Shown here: positions 47,201 through 62,200 of the stretch, in pieces
Position numbering within the stretch: position 1 is the first letter of the stretch
Layout: every line of letters starts with the position of its first letter
NCBI GenBank assembly: GCA_032718475.1
Contig: JAUCBJ010009062.1
Location: forward strand, 1-64,000
Direction of reading: 5' to 3'
Source: Nemertoderma westbladi
Taxonomy: Eukaryota > Animalia > Xenacoelomorpha
Length of the DNA: 64,000 bases
Notes under the pieces: generated by a model
What the model saw: only the letters and a program-made list of their open reading frames with translations
Databases searched by the model: none
What the model was told of the DNA's origin: nothing
Translations under genes and position numbers: made by a program

Positions 47201-50200
47201 TGTGTTTGTAAGGATGCAGTTCAGTGATAGTAATCGCATAAGGTGTGTTTGTAAGGATGCAGTTAGTAATCGCATACGGTGTGTTTGTAAGGATGCAGTT
47301 AGTAATCGCATAAGGTGTGTTTGTAAGGATGCAGTTAGTAATCGCATAAGGTGTGTTTGTAAGGATGCAGTTCAGTGATAGTAATCGCATAAGGTGCGTT
47401 TGTAAGGATGCAGTTCAGTGATAGTAATCGCATAAGGTGTGTTTGTAAGGATGCAGTTAGTAATCGCATAAGGTGTGTTTGTAAGGATGCAGTTCAGTGA
47501 TAGTAATCGCATAAGGTGCGTTTGTAAGGATGCAGTTCAGTGACTCCAGTAATCGCATACGGTGCGTTTGTAAGGATGCAGTTAGTAATCGCATAAGGTG
47601 TGTTTGTAAGGATGCAGTTCAGTGATAGTAATAGCATAAGGTGCGTTTGTAAGGATGCAGTTCAGTGATAGTAATCGCATAAGGTGTGTTTGTAAGGATG
47701 CAGTTAGTAATCGCATAAGGTGCGTTTGTAAGGATGCAGTTCAGTGATAGTAATCGCATAAGGTGCGTTTGTAAGGATGCAGTTAGTAATCGCATAAGGT
47801 GTGTTTGTAAGGATGCAGTTCAGTGATAGTAATCGCATAAGGTGTGTTTGTAAGGATGCAGTTCAGTGATAGTAATCGCATAAGGTGTGTTTGTAAGGAT
47901 GCAGTTAGTAATCGCATACGGTGTGTTTGTAAGGATGCAGTTAGTAATCGCATAAGGTGTGTTTGTAAGGATGCAGTTAGTAATCGCATAAGGTGTGTTT
48001 GTAAGGATGCAGTTAGTAATCGCATAAGGTGTGTTTGTAAGGATGCAGTTAGTAATCGCATAAGGTGTGTTTGTAAGGATGCAGTTCAGTGATAGTAATC
48101 GCATAAGGTGCGTTTGTAAGGATGCAGTTCAGTGATAGTAATCGCATAAGGTGTGTTTGTAAGGATGCAGTTAGTAATCGCATACGGTGTGTTTGTAAGG
48201 ATGCAGTTAGTAATCGCATAAGGTGTGTTTGTAAGGATGCAGTTAGTAATCGCATAAGGTGTGTTTGTAAGGATGCAGTTCAGTGATAGTAATCGCATAA
48301 GGTGCGTTTGTAAGGATGCAGTTCAGTGATAGTAATCGCATAAGGTGTGTTTGTAAGGATGCAGTTAGTAATCGCATAAGGTGTGTTTGTAAGGATGCAG
48401 TTCAGTGATAGTAATCGCATAAGGTGCGTTTGTAAGGATGCAGTTCAGTGACTCCAGTAATCGCATACGGTGCGTTTGTAAGGATGCAGTTAGTAATCGC
48501 ATAAGGTGTGTTTGTAAGGATGCAGTTCAGTGATAGTAATAGCATAAGGTGCGTTTGTAAGGATGCAGTTCAGTGATAGTAATCGCATAAGGTGTGTTTG
48601 TAAGGATGCAGTTAGTAATCGCATAAGGTGCGTTTGTAAGGATGCAGTTCAGTGATAGTAATCGCATAAGGTGCGTTTGTAAGGATGCAGTTAGTAATCG
48701 CATAAGGTGTGTTTGTAAGGATGCAGTTCAGTGATAGTAATCGCATAAGGTGTGTTTGTAAGGATGCAGTTCAGTGATAGTAATCGCATAAGGTGTGTTT
48801 GTAAGGATGCAGTTAGTAATCGCATAAGGTGTGTTTGTAAGGATGCAGTTCAGTGATAGTAATAGCATAAGGTGCGTTTGTAAGGATGCAGTTCAGTGAT
48901 AGTAATCGCATAAGGTGTGTTTGTAAGGATGCAGTTAGTAATCGCATAAGGTGTGTTTGTAAGGATGCAGTTCAGTGATAGTAATAGCATAAGGTGCGTT
49001 TGTAAGGATGCAGTTCAGTGATAGGAATCGCATAAGGTGTGTTTGTAAGGATGCAGTTAGTAATCGCATAAGGTGCGTTTGTAAGGATGCAGTTCAGTGA
49101 TAGTAATCGCATAAGGTGCGTTTGTAAGGATGCAGTTAGTAATCGCAAAAGGTGTGTTTGTAAGGATGCAGTTAGTAATCGCATAAGGTTTGTTTGTAAG
49201 GATGCAGTTAGTAATCGCATAAGGTGCGTTTGTAAGGATGCAGTTAGTAATCGCATAAGGTGTGTTTGTAAGGATGCAGTTAGTAATCGCATAAGGTGCG
49301 TTTGTAAGGATGCAGTTAGTAATCGCATAAGGTGCGTTTGTAAGGATGCAGTTAGTAATCGCATACGGTGTGTTTGTAAGGATGCAGTTCAGTGATAGGA
49401 ATCGCATAAGGTGCGTTTGTATGGATGCAGTTAGTAATCGCATAAGGTGCGTTTGTAAGGATGCAGTTCAGTGATAGTAATCGCATAAGGTGCGTTTGTA
49501 AGGATGCAGTTAGTAATCGCATAAGGTGTGTTTGTAAGGATGCAGTTAGTAATCGCATAAGGTTTGTTTGTAAGGATGCAGTTAGTAATCGCATAAGGTG
49601 CGTTTGTAAGGATGCAGTTAGTAATCGCATACGGTGTGTTTGTAAGGATGCAGTTCAGTGATAGGAATCGCATAAGGTGTGTTTGTAAGGATGCAGTTAG
49701 TAATCGCATAAGGTGCGTTTGTAAGGATGCAGTTCAGTGATAGTAATCGCATAAGGTGCGTTTGTAAGGATGCAGTTAGTAATCGCATAAGGTGTGTTTG
49801 TAAGGATGCAGTTAGTAATCGCATAAGGTTTGTTTGTAAGGATGCAGTTAGTAATCGCATAAGGTGCGTTTGTAAGGATGCAGTTAGTAATCGCATAAGG
49901 TGTGTTTGTAAGGATGCAGTTCAGTGATAGTAATCGCATAAGGTGCGTTTGTAAGGATGCAGTTAGTAATCGCATAAGGTGCGTTTGTAAGGATGCAGTT
50001 CAGTGATAGTAATCGCATAAGGTGCGTTTGTAAGGATGCAGTTAGTAATCGCATAAGGTGTGTTTGTAAGGATGCAGTTCAGTGAAAGTAATCGCATAAG
50101 GTGTGTTTGTAAGGATGCAGTTAGTAATCGCATAAGGTACGTTTGTAAGGATGCAGTTCAGTGATAGTAATCGCATAAGGTGCGTTTGTAAGGATGCAGT

Positions 50201-53200
50201 TCAGTGATAGTAATCGCATAAGGTGCGTTTGTAAGGATGCAGTTAGTAATCGCATAAGGTGTGTTTGTAAGGATGCAGTTAGTAATCGCATAAGGTGTGT
50301 TTGTAAGGATGCAGTTCAGTGATAGTAATAGCATAAGGTGCGTTTGTAAGGATGCAGTTCAGTGATAGTAATCGCATAAGGTGTGTTTGTAAGGATGCAG
50401 TTAGTAATCGCATACGGTGTGTTTGTAAGGATGCAGTTCAGTGATAGGAATCGCATAAGGTGTGTTTGTAAGGATGCAGTTAGTAATCGCATAAGGTGCG
50501 TTTGTAAGGATGCAGTTCAGTGATAGGAATCGCATAAGGTGTGTTTGTAAGGATGCAGTTAGTAATCGCATAAGGTGCGTTTGTAAGGATGCAGTTCAGT
50601 GATAGGAATCGCATAAGGTGTGTTTGTAAGGATGCAGTTAGTAATCGCATACGGTGCGTTTGTAAGGATGCAGTTAGTAATCGCATAAGGTGTGTTTGTA
50701 AGGATGCAGTTAGTAATCGCATAAGGTGCGTTTGTAAGGATGCAGTTAGTAATCGCATAAGGTGTGTTTGTAAGGATGCAGTTAGTAATCGCATAAGGTG
50801 CGTTTGTAAGGATGCAGTTAGTAATCGCATAAGGTGTGTTTGTAAGGATGCAGTTCAGTGATAGTAATAGCATAAGGTGCGTTTGTAAGGATGCAGTTCA
50901 GTGATAGTAATCGCATAAGGTGTGTTTGTAAGGATGCAGTTAGTAATCGCATAAGGTGCGTTTGTAAGGATGCAGTTAGTAATCGCATAAGGTGTGTTTG
51001 TAAGGATGCAGTTCAGTGATAGTAATAGCATAAGGTGCGTTTGTAAGGATGCAGTTCAGTGATAGTAATCGCATAAGGTGTGTTTGTAAGGATGCAGTTA
51101 GTAATCGCATACGGTGTGTTTGTAAGGATGCAGTTAGTAATCGCATAAGGTGTGTTTGTAAGGATGCAGTTAGTAATCGCATACGGTGTGTTTGTAAGGA
51201 TGCAGTTAGTAATCGCATAAGGTGTGTTTGTAAGGATGCAGTTAGTAATCGCATAAGGTGTGTTTGTAAGGATGCAGTTAGTAATCGCATAAGGTGTGTT
51301 TGTAAGGATGCAGTTAGTAATCGCATAAGGTGTGTTTGTAAGGATGCAGTTCAGTGATAGTAATCGCATAAGGTGCGTTTGTAAGGATGCAGTTCAGTGA
51401 TAGTAATCGCATAAGGTGTGTTTGTAAGGATGCAGTTAGTAATCGCATACGGTGTGTTTGTAAGGATGCAGTTAGTAATCGCATAAGGTGTGTTTGTAAG
51501 GATGCAGTTAGTAATCGCATAAGGTGTGTTTGTAAGGATGCAGTTCAGTGATAGTAATCGCATAAGGTGCGTTTGTAAGGATGCAGTTCAGTGATAGTAA
51601 TCGCATAAGGTGTGTTTGTAAGGATGCAGTTAGTAATCGCATAAGGTGTGTTTGTAAGGATGCAGTTCAGTGATAGTAATCGCATAAGGTGCGTTTGTAA
51701 GGATGCAGTTCAGTGACTCCAGTAATCGCATACGGTGCGTTTGTAAGGATGCAGTTAGTAATCGCATAAGGTGTGTTTGTAAGGATGCAGTTAGTAATCG
51801 CATAAGGTGTGTTTGTAAGGATGCAGTTCAGTGATAGTAATAGCATAAGGTGCGTTTGTAAGGATGCAGTTCAGTGATAGTAATCGCATAAGGTGTGTTT
51901 GTAAGGATGCAGTTAGTAATCGCATAAGGTGCGTTTGTAAGGATGCAGTTCAGTGATAGTAATCGCATAAGGTGCGTTTGTAAGGATGCAGTTAGTAATC
52001 GCATAAGGTGTGTTTGTAAGGATGCAGTTCAGTGATAGTAATCGCATAAGGTGTGTTTGTAAGGATGCAGTTCAGTGATAGTAATCGCATAAGGTGTGTT
52101 TGTAAGGATGCAGTTAGTAATCGCATAAGGTGTGTTTGTAAGGATGCAGTTCAGTGATAGTAATAGCATAAGGTGCGTTTGTAAGGATGCAGTTCAGTGA
52201 TAGTAATCGCATAAGGTGTGTTTGTAAGGATGCAGTTAGTAATCGCATAAGGTGTGTTTGTAAGGATGCAGTTCAGTGATAGTAATAGCATAAGGTGCGT
52301 TTGTAAGGATGCAGTTCAGTGATAGTAATCGCATAAGGTGTGTTTGTAAGGATGCAGTTAGTAATCGCATAAGGTGTGTTTGTAAGGATGCAGTTCAGTG
52401 ATAGTAATCGCATAAGGTGCGTTTGTAAGGATGCAGTTCAGTGATAGTAATCGCATAAGGTGTGTTTGTAAGGATGCAGTTAGTAATCGCATAAGGTGTG
52501 TTTGTAAGGATGCAGTTCAGTGATAGTAATAGCATAAGGTGCGTTTGTAAGGATGCAGTTCAGTGACTCCAGTAATCGCATAAGGTGCGTTTGTAAGGAT
52601 GCAGTTCAGTGACTCCAGTAATCGCATAAGGTGTGTTTGTAAGGATGCAGTTAGTAATCGCATAAGGTGTGTTTGTAAGGATGCAGTTCAGTGATAGTAA
52701 TAGCATAAGGTGCGTTTGTAAGGATGCAGTTCAGTGATAGTAATCGCATAAGGTGTGTTTGTAAGGATGCAGTTCAGTGATAGTAATCGCATAAGGTGCG
52801 TTTGTAAGGATGCAGTTAGTAATCGCATACGGTGTGTTTGTAAGGATGCAGTTAGTAATCGCATAAGGTGTGTTTGTAAGGATGCAGTTAGTAATCGCAT
52901 AAGGTGCGTTTGTAAGGATGCAGTTAGTAATCGCATACGGTGTGTTTGTAAGGATGCAGTTAGTAATCGCATAAGGTGCGTTTGTAAGGATGCAGTTAGT
53001 AATCGCATAAGGTGTGTTTGTAAGGATGCAGTTAGTAATCGCATAAGGTGTGTTTGTAAGGATGCAGTTCAGTGATAGTAATAGCATAAGGTGTGTTTGT
53101 AAGGATGCAGTTAGTAATCGCATAAGGTGCGTTTGTAAGGATGCAGTTAGTAATCGCATAAGGTGTGTTTGTAAGGATGCAGTTAGTAATCGCATAAGGT

Positions 53201-56200
53201 GTGTTTGTAAGGATGCAGTTCAGTGATAGTAATCGCATAAAGTGTGTTTGTAAGGATGCAGTTAGTAATCGCATAAGGTGTGTTTGTAAGGATGCAGTTA
53301 GTAATCGCATAAGGTGTGTTTGTAAGGATGCAGTTCAGTGATAGTAATCGCATAAAGTGTGTTTGTAAGGATGCAGTTAGTAATCGCATAAGGTGTGTTT
53401 GTAAGGATGCAGTTCAGTGATAGTAATCGCATAAAGTGTGTTTGTAAGGATGCAGTTAGTAATCGCATAAGGTGTGTTTGTAAGGATGCAGTTAGTAATC
53501 GCATAAGGTGCGTTTGTAAGGATGCAGTTAGTAATCGCATAAGGTGTGTTTGTAAGGATGCAGTTCAGTGATAGTAATCGCATAAAGTGTGTTTGTAAGG
53601 ATGCAGTTAGTAATCGCATAAGGTGTGTTTGTAAGGATGCAGTTAGTAATCGCATAAGGTGTGTTTGTAAGGATGCAGTTAGTAATCGCATAAGGTGTGT
53701 TTGTAAGGATGCAGTTCAGTGATAGTAATCGCATAAAGTGTGTTTGTAAGGATGCAGTTAGTAATCGCATAAGGTGTGTTTGTAAGGATGCAGTTCAGTG
53801 ATAGTAATCGCATAAAGTGTGTTTGTAAGGATGCAGTTAGTAATCGCATAAGGTGTGTTTGTAAGGATGCAGTTAGTAATCGCATAAGGTGCGTTTGTAA
53901 GGATGCAGTTAGTAATCGCATAAGGTGTGTTTGTAAGGATGCAGTTAGTAATCGCATAAGGTGTGTTTGTAAGGATGCAGTTCAGTGATAGTAATCGCAT
54001 AAAGTGTGTTTGTAAGGATGCAGTTAGTAATCGCATAAGGTGTGTTTGTAAGGATGCAGTTCAGTGATAGTAATCGCATAAAGTGTGTTTGTAAGGATGC
54101 AGTTAGTAATCGCATAAGGTGTGTTTGTAAGGATGCAGTTAGTAATCGCATAAGGTGCGTTTGTAAGGATGCAGTTAGTAATCGCATACGGTGTGTTTGT
54201 AAGGATGCAGTTAGTAATCGCATAAGGTGCGTTTGTAAGGATGCAGTTAGTAATCGCATAAGGTGTGTTTGTAAGGATGCAGTTAGTAATCGCATAAGGT
54301 GTGTTTGTAAGGATGCAGTTCAGTGATAGTAATAGCATAAGGTGTGTTTGTAAGGATGCAGTTAGTAATCGCATAAGGTGCGTTTGTAAGGATGCAGTTA
54401 GTAATCGCATAAGGTGTGTTTGTAAGGATGCAGTTAGTAATCGCATAAGGTGTGTTTGTAAGGATGCAGTTCAGTGATAGTAATCGCATAAAGTGTGTTT
54501 GTAAGGATGCAGTTAGTAATCGCATAAGGTGCGTTTGTAAGGATGCAGTTCAGTGATAGTAATAGCATAAGGTGCGTTTGTAAGGATGCAGTTCAGTGAT
54601 AGTAATCGCATAAGGTGTGTTTGTAAGGATGCAGTTAGTAATCGCATAAGGTGCGTTTGTAAGGATGCAGTTCAGTGATAGTAATCGCATAAGGTGCGTT
54701 TGTAAGGATGCAGTTAGTAATCGCATAAGGTGCGTTTGTAAGGATGCAGTTCAGTGATAGTAATCGCATAAGGTGCGTTTGTAAGGATGCAGTTAGTAAT
54801 CGCATAAGGTGTGTTTGTAAGGATGCAGTTCAGTGATAGTAATCGCATAAGGTGCGTTTGTAAGGATGCAGTTAGTAATCGCATAAGGTGCGTTTGTAAG
54901 GATGCAGTTCAGTGATAGTAATCGCATAAGGTGTGTTTGTAAGGATGCAGTTAGTAATCGCATAAGGTGTGTTTGTAAGGATGCAGTTCAGTGATAGTAA
55001 TCGCATAAGGTGCGTTTGTAAGGATGCAGTTAGTAATCGCATAAGGTGTGTTTGTAAGGATGCAGTTAGTAATCGCATAAGGTGTGTTTGTAAGGATGCA
55101 GTTCAGTGATAGTAATAGCATAAGGTGCGTTTGTAAGGATGCAGTTCAGTGATAGTAATCGCATAAGGTGTGTTTGTAAGGATGCAGTTAGTAATCGCAT
55201 AAGGTGCGTTTGTAAGGATGCAGTTCAGTGATAGTAATCGCATAAGGTGCGTTTGTAAGGATGCAGTTAGTAATCGCATAAGGTGCGTTTGTAAGGATGC
55301 AGTTCAGTGATAGTAATCGCATAAGGTGCGTTTGTAAGGATGCAGTTAGTAATCGCATAAGGTGTGTTTGTAAGGATGCAGTTCAGTGATAGTAATCGCA
55401 TAAGGTGCGTTTGTAAGGATGCAGTTAGTAATCGCATAAGGTGCGTTTGTAAGGATGCAGTTCAGTGATAGTAATCGCATAAGGTGCGTTTGTAAGGATG
55501 CAGTTAGTAATCGCATAAGGTGCGTTTGTAAGGATGCAGTTCAGTGATAGTAATCGCATAAGGTGCGTTTGTAAGGATGCAGTTAGTAATCGCATAAGGT
55601 GTGTTTGTAAGGATGCAGTTAGTAATCGCATAAGGTGCGTTTGTAAGGATGCAGTTCAGTGATAGTAATCGCATAAGGTGCGTTTGTAAGGATGCAGTTA
55701 GTAATCGCATAAGGTGCGTTTGTAAGGATGCAGTTCAGTGATAGTAATCGCATAAGGTGTGTTTGTAAGGATGCAGTTAGTAATCGCATAAGGTGTGTTT
55801 GTAAGGATGAAGTTCAGTGATAGTAATCGCATAAGGTGGGTTTGTAAGGATGCAGTTCAGTGACTCCAGTAATCGCATAAGGTGTGTTTGTAAGGATGCA
55901 GTTCAGTGATAGTAATCGCATAAGGTGCGTTTGTAAGGATGCAGTTCAGTGATAGTAATCGCATAAGGTGTGTTTGTAAGGATGCAGTTAGTAATCGCAT
56001 AAGGTGTGTTTGTAAGGATGCAGTTCAGTGATAGTAATCGCATAAGGTGCGTTTGTAAGGATGCAGTTCAGTGATAGTAATCGCATAAGGTGTGTTTGTA
56101 AGGATGCAGTTAGTAATCGCATAAGGTGTGTTTGTAAGGATGCAGTTCAGTGATAGTAATCGCATAAGGTGCGTTTGTAAGGATGCAGTTCAGTGACTCA

Positions 56201-59200
56201 GTAATCGCATAAGGTGTGTTTGTAAGGATGCAGTTAGTAATCGCATAAGGTGTGTTTGTAAGGATGCAGTTAGTAATCGCATAAGGTGTGTTTGTAAGGA
56301 TGCAGTTAGTAATCGCATAAGGTGTGTTTGTAAGGATGCAGTTCAGTGATAGTAATCGCATAAGGTGTGTTTGTAAGGATGCAGTTCAGTGATAGTAATC
56401 GCATAAGGTGCGTTTGTAAGGATGCAGTTCAGTGACTCAGTAATCGCATAAGGTGTGTTTGTAAGGATGCAGTTAGTAATCGCATAAGGTGTGTTTGTAA
56501 GGATGCAGTTCAGTGATAGTAATCGCATAAGGTGCGTTTGTAAGGATGCAGTTCAGTGATAGTAATCGCATAAGGTGTGTTTGTAAGGATGCAGTTAGTA
56601 ATCGCATAAGGTGCGTTTGTAAGGATGCAGTTAGTAATCGCATAAGGTGCGTTTGTAAGGATGCAGTTAGTAATCGCATAAGGTGTGTTTGTAAGGATGC
56701 AGTTCAGTGATAGTAATCGCATAAGGTGTGTTTGTAAGGATGCAGTTCAGTGATAGTAATCGCATAAGGTGTGTTTGTAAGGATGCAGTTCAGTGATAGT
56801 AATCGCATAAGGTGTGTTTGTAAGGATGCAGTTCAGTGATAGTAATCGCATAAGGTGTGTTTGTAAGGATGCAGTTAGTAATCGCATAAGGTGCGTTTGT
56901 AAGGATGCAGTTAGTAATCGCATAAGGTGTGTTTGTAAGGATGCAGTTCAGTGATAGTAATCGCATAAGGTGTGTTTGTAAGGATGCAGTTAGTAATCGC
57001 ATAAGGTGCGTTTGTAAGGATGCAGTTCAGTGATAGTAATCGCATAAGGTGTGTTTGTAAGGATGCAGTTCAGTGATAGTAATCGCATAAGGTGTGTTTG
57101 TAAGGATGCAGTTAGTAATCGCATAAGGTGCGTTTGTAAGGATGCAGTTAGTAATCGCATAAGGTGTGTTTGTAAGGATGCAGTTCAGTGATAGTAATCG
57201 CATAAGGTGTGTTTGTAAGGATGCAGTTAGTAATCGCATAAGGTGTGTTTGTAAGGATGCAGTTCAGTGATAGTAATCGCATAAGGTGCGTTTGTAAGGA
57301 TGCAGTTCAGTGATAGTAATCGCATAAGGTGTGTTTGTAAGGATGCAGTTAGTAATCGCATAAGGTGTGTTTGTAAGGATGCAGTTCAGTGATAGTAATC
57401 GCATAAGGTGCGTTTGTAAGGATGCAGTTAGTAATCGCATAAGGTGTGTTTGTAAGGATGCAGTTCAGTGATAGTAATCGCATAAGGTGCGTTTGTAAGG
57501 ATGCAGTTAGTAATCGCATAAGGTGCGTTTGTAAGGATGCAGTTAGTAATCGCATAAGGTGTGTTTGTAAGGATGCAGTTCAGTGATAGTAATCGCATAA
57601 GGTGCGTTTGTAAGGATGCAGTTCAGTGATAGTAATCGCATAAGGTGCGTTTGTAAGGATGCAGTTAGTAATCGCATAAGGTGTGTTTGTAAGGATGCAG
57701 TTAGTAATCGCATAAGGTGTGTTTGTAAGGATGCAGTTCAGTGATAGTAATCGCATAAGGTGTGTTTGTAAGGATGCAGTTCAGTGATAGTAATCGCATA
57801 AGGTGCGTTTGTAAGGATGCAGTTCAGTGATAGTAATCGCATAAGGTGCGTTTGTAAGGATGCAGTTAGTAATCGCATAAGGTGTGTTTGTAAGGATGCA
57901 GTTCAGTGATAGTAATCGCATAAGGTGCGTTTGTAAGGATGCAGTTCAGTGATAGTAATCGCATAAGGTGTGTTTGTAAGGATGCAGTTAGTAATCGCAT
58001 AAGGTGCGTTTGTAAGGATGCAGTTAGTAATCGCATAAGGTGTGTTTGTAAGGATGCAGTTCAGTGATAGTAATCGCATAAGGTGTGTTTGTAAGGATGC
58101 AGTTCAGTGATAGTAATCGCATAAGGTGCGTTTGTAAGGATGCAGTTAGTAATCGCATAAGGTGTGTTTGTAAGGATGCAGTTAGTAATCGCATAAGGTG
58201 TGTTTGTAAGGATGCAGTTAGTAATCGCATAAGGTGTGTTTGTAAGGATGCAGTTCAGTGATAGTAATCGCATAAGGTGTGTTTGTAAGGATGCAGTTCA
58301 GTGACTCAGTAATCGCATAAGGTGTGTTTGTAAGGATGCAGTTCAGTGATAGTAATCGCATAAGGTGTGTTTGTAAGGATGCAGTTAGTAATCGCATAAG
58401 GTGCGTTTGTAAGGATGCAGTTCAGTGATAGTAATCGCATAAGGTGTGTTTGTAAGGATGCAGTTCAGTGATAGTAATCGCATAAGGTGTGTTTGTAAGG
58501 ATGCAGTTAGTAATCGCATAAGGTGTGTTTGTAAGGATGCAGTTCAGTGATAGTAATCGCATAAGGTGCGTTTGTAAGGATGCAGTTCAGTGATAGTAAT
58601 CGCATAAGGTGTGTTTGTAAGGATGCAGTTAGTAATCGCATAAGGTGTGTTTGTAAGGATGCAGTTAGTAATCGCATAAGGTGCGTTTGTAAGGATGCAG
58701 TTAGTAATCGCATAAGGTGTGTTTGTAAGGATGCAGTTAGTAATCGCATAAGGTGCGTTTGTAAGGATGCAGTTAGTAATCGCATAAGGTGTGTTTGTAA
58801 GGATGCAGTTAGTAATCGCATAAGGTGCGTTTGTAAGGATGCAGTTAGTAATCGCATAAGGTGTGTTTGTAAGGATGCAGTTCAGTGATAGTAATCGCAT
58901 AAGGTGCGTTTGTAAGGATGCAGTTCAGTGATAGTAATCGCATAAGGTGCGTTTGTAAGGATGCAGTTAGTAATCGCATAAGGTGTGTTTGTAAGGATGC
59001 AGTTAGTAATCGCATAAGGTGTGTTTGTAAGGATGCAGTTAGTAATCGCATAAGGTGTGTTTGTAAGGATGCAGTTAGTAATCGCATAAGGTGTGTTTGT
59101 AAGGATGCAGTTAGTAATCGCATAAGGTGTGTTTGTAAGGATGCAGTTAGTAATCGCATAAGGTGTGTTTGTAAGGATGCAGTTAGTAATCGCATAAGGT

Positions 59201-62200
59201 GTGTTTGTAAGGATGCAGTTAGTAATCGCATAAGGTGCGTTTGTAAGGATGCAGTTAGTAATCGCATAAGGTGTGTTTGTAAGGATGCAGTTAGTAATCG
59301 CATAAGGTGTGTTTGTAAGGATGCAGTTAGTAATCGCATAAGGTGTGTTTGTAAGGATGCAGTTAGTAATCGCATAAGGTGTGTTTGTAAGGATGCAGTT
59401 AGTAATCGCATAAGGTGTGTTTGTAAGGATGCAGTTAGTAATCGCATAAGGTGTGTTTGTAAGGATGCAGTTAGTAATCGCATAAGGTGTGTTTGTAAGG
59501 ATGCAGTTAGTAATCGCATAAGGTGCGTTTGTAAGGATGCAGTTAGTAATCGCATAAGGTGTGTTTGTAAGGATGCAGTTAGTAATCGCATAAGGTGCGT
59601 TTGTAAGGATGCAGTTAGTAATCGCATAAGGTGTGTTTGTAAGGATGCAGTTCAGTGATAGTAATCGCATAAGGTGCGTTTGTAAGGATGCAGTTCAGTG
59701 ATAGTAATCGCATAAGGTGCGTTTGTAAGGATGCAGTTAGTAATCGCATAAGGTGTGTTTGTAAGGATGCAGTTAGTAATCGCATAAGGTGTGTTTGTAA
59801 GGATGCAGTTAGTAATCGCATAAGGTGTGTTTGTAAGGATGCAGTTAGTAATCGCATAAGGTGCGTTTGTAAGGATGCAGTTAGTAATCGCATAAGGTGT
59901 GTTTGTAAGGATGCAGTTAGTAATCGCATAAGGTGTGTTTGTAAGGATGCAGTTAGTAATCGCATAAGGTGTGTTTGTAAGGATGCAGTTCAGTGATAGT
60001 AATCGCATAAGGTGCGTTTGTAAGGATGCAGTTCAGTGATAGTAATCGCATAAGGTGTGTTTGTAAGGATGCAGTTAGTAATCGCATAAGGTGTGTTTGT
60101 AAGGATGCAGTTAGTAATCGCATAAGGTGTGTTTGTAAGGATGCAGTTAGTAATCGCATAAGGTGTGTTTGTAAGGATGCAGTTAGTAATCGCATAAGGT
60201 GTGTTTGTAAGGATGCAGTTAGTAATCGCATAAGGTGTGTTTGTAAGGATGCAGTTAGTAATCGCATAAGGTGTGTTTGTAAGGATGCAGTTAGTAATCG
60301 CATAAGGTGCGTTTGTAAGGATGCAGTTAGTAATCGCATAAGGTGTGTTTGTAAGGATGCAGTTAGTAATCGCATAAGGTGCGTTTGTAAGGATGCAGTT
60401 AGTAATCGCATAAGGTGTGTTTGTAAGGATGCAGTTAGTAATCGCATAAGGTGTGTTTGTAAGGATGCAGTTAGCAATCGCATAAGGTGTGTTTGTAAGG
60501 ATGCAGTTCAGTGATAGTAATCGCATAAGGTGCGTTTGTAAGGATGCAGTTCAGTGACTCAGTAATCGCATAAGGTGTGTTTGTAAGGATGCAGTTCAGT
60601 GATAGTAATCGCATAAGGTGTGTTTGTAAGGATGCAGTTAGTAATCGCATAAGGTGCGTTTGTAAGGATGCAGTTCAGTGATAGTAATCGCATAAGGTGT
60701 GTTTGTAAGGATGCAGTTAGTAATCGCATAAGGTGTGTTTGTAAGGATGCAGTTCAGTGATAGTAATCGCATAAGGTGCGTTTGTAAGGATGCAGTTCAG
60801 TGATAGTAATCGCATAAGGTGCGTTTGTAAGGCTGCAGTTCAGTGACTCCAGTAATCGCATAAGGTGTGTTTGTAAGGATGCAGTTAGTAATCGCATAAG
60901 GTGTGTTTGTAAGGATGCAGTTAGTAATCGCATAAGGTGCGTTTGTAAGGATGCAGTTAGTAATCGCATAAGGTGTGTTTGTAAGGATGCAGTTCAGTGA
61001 TAGTAATCGCATAAGGTGCGTTTGTAAGGATGCAGTTCAGTGATAGTAATCGCATAAGGTGCGTTTGTAAGGATGCAGTTAGTAATCGCATAAGGTGTGT
61101 TTGTAAGGATGCAGTTAGTAATCGCATAAGGTGTGTTTGTAAGGATGCAGTTAGTAATCGCATAAGGTGTGTTTGTAAGGATGCAGTTATTAATCGCATA
61201 AGGTGTGTTTGTAAGGATGCAGTTCAGTGATAGTAATCGCATAAGGTGTGTTTGTAAGGATGCAGTTCAGTGATAGTAATCGCATAAGGTGTGTTTGTAA
61301 GGATGCAGTTCAGTGATAGTAATCGCATAAGGTGTGTTTGTAAGGATGCAGTTAGTAATCGCATAAGGTGTGTTTGTAAGGATGCAGTTAGTAATCGCAT
61401 AAGGTGTGTTTGTAAGGATGCAGTCAGTAATCGCATAAGGTGTGTTTGTAAGGATGCAGTTAGTAATCGCATAAGGTGTGTTTGTAAGGATGCAGTTCAG
61501 TGATAGTAATCGCATAAGGTGTGTTTGTAAGGATGCAGTTCAGTGATAGTAATCGCATAAGGTGTGTTTGTAAGGATGCAGTTAGTAATCGCATAAGGTG
61601 TGTTTGTAAGGATGCAGTTAGTAATCGCATAAGGTGTGTTTGTAAGGATGCAGTTAGTAATCGCATAAGGTGTGTTTGTAAGGATGCAGTTAGTAATCGC
61701 ATAAGGTGTGTTTGTAAGGATGCAGTTAGTAATCGCATAAGGTGTGTTTGTAAGGATGCAGTTAGTAATCGCATAAGGTGTGTTTGTAAGGATGCAGTTC
61801 AGTGATAGTAATCGCATAAGGTGTGTTTTTAAGGATGCAGTTAGTAATCGCATAAGGTGTGTTTGTAAGGATGCAGTTAGTAATCGCATAAGGTGTGTTT
61901 GTAAGGATGCAGTTAGTAATCGCATAAGGTGTGTTTGTAAGGATGCAGTTAGTAATCGCATAAGGTGTGTTTGTAAGGATGCAGTTAGTAATCGCATAAG
62001 GTGTGTTTGTAAGGATGCAGTTAGTAATCGCATAAGGTGTGTTTGTAAGGATGCAGTTAGTAATCGCATAAGGTGTGTTTGTAAGGATGCAGTTAGTAAT
62101 CGCATAAGGTGTGTTTGTAAGGATGCAGTTAGTAATCGCATAAGGTGTGTTTGTAAGGATGCAGTTAGTAATCGCATAAGGTGTGTTTGTAAGGATGCAG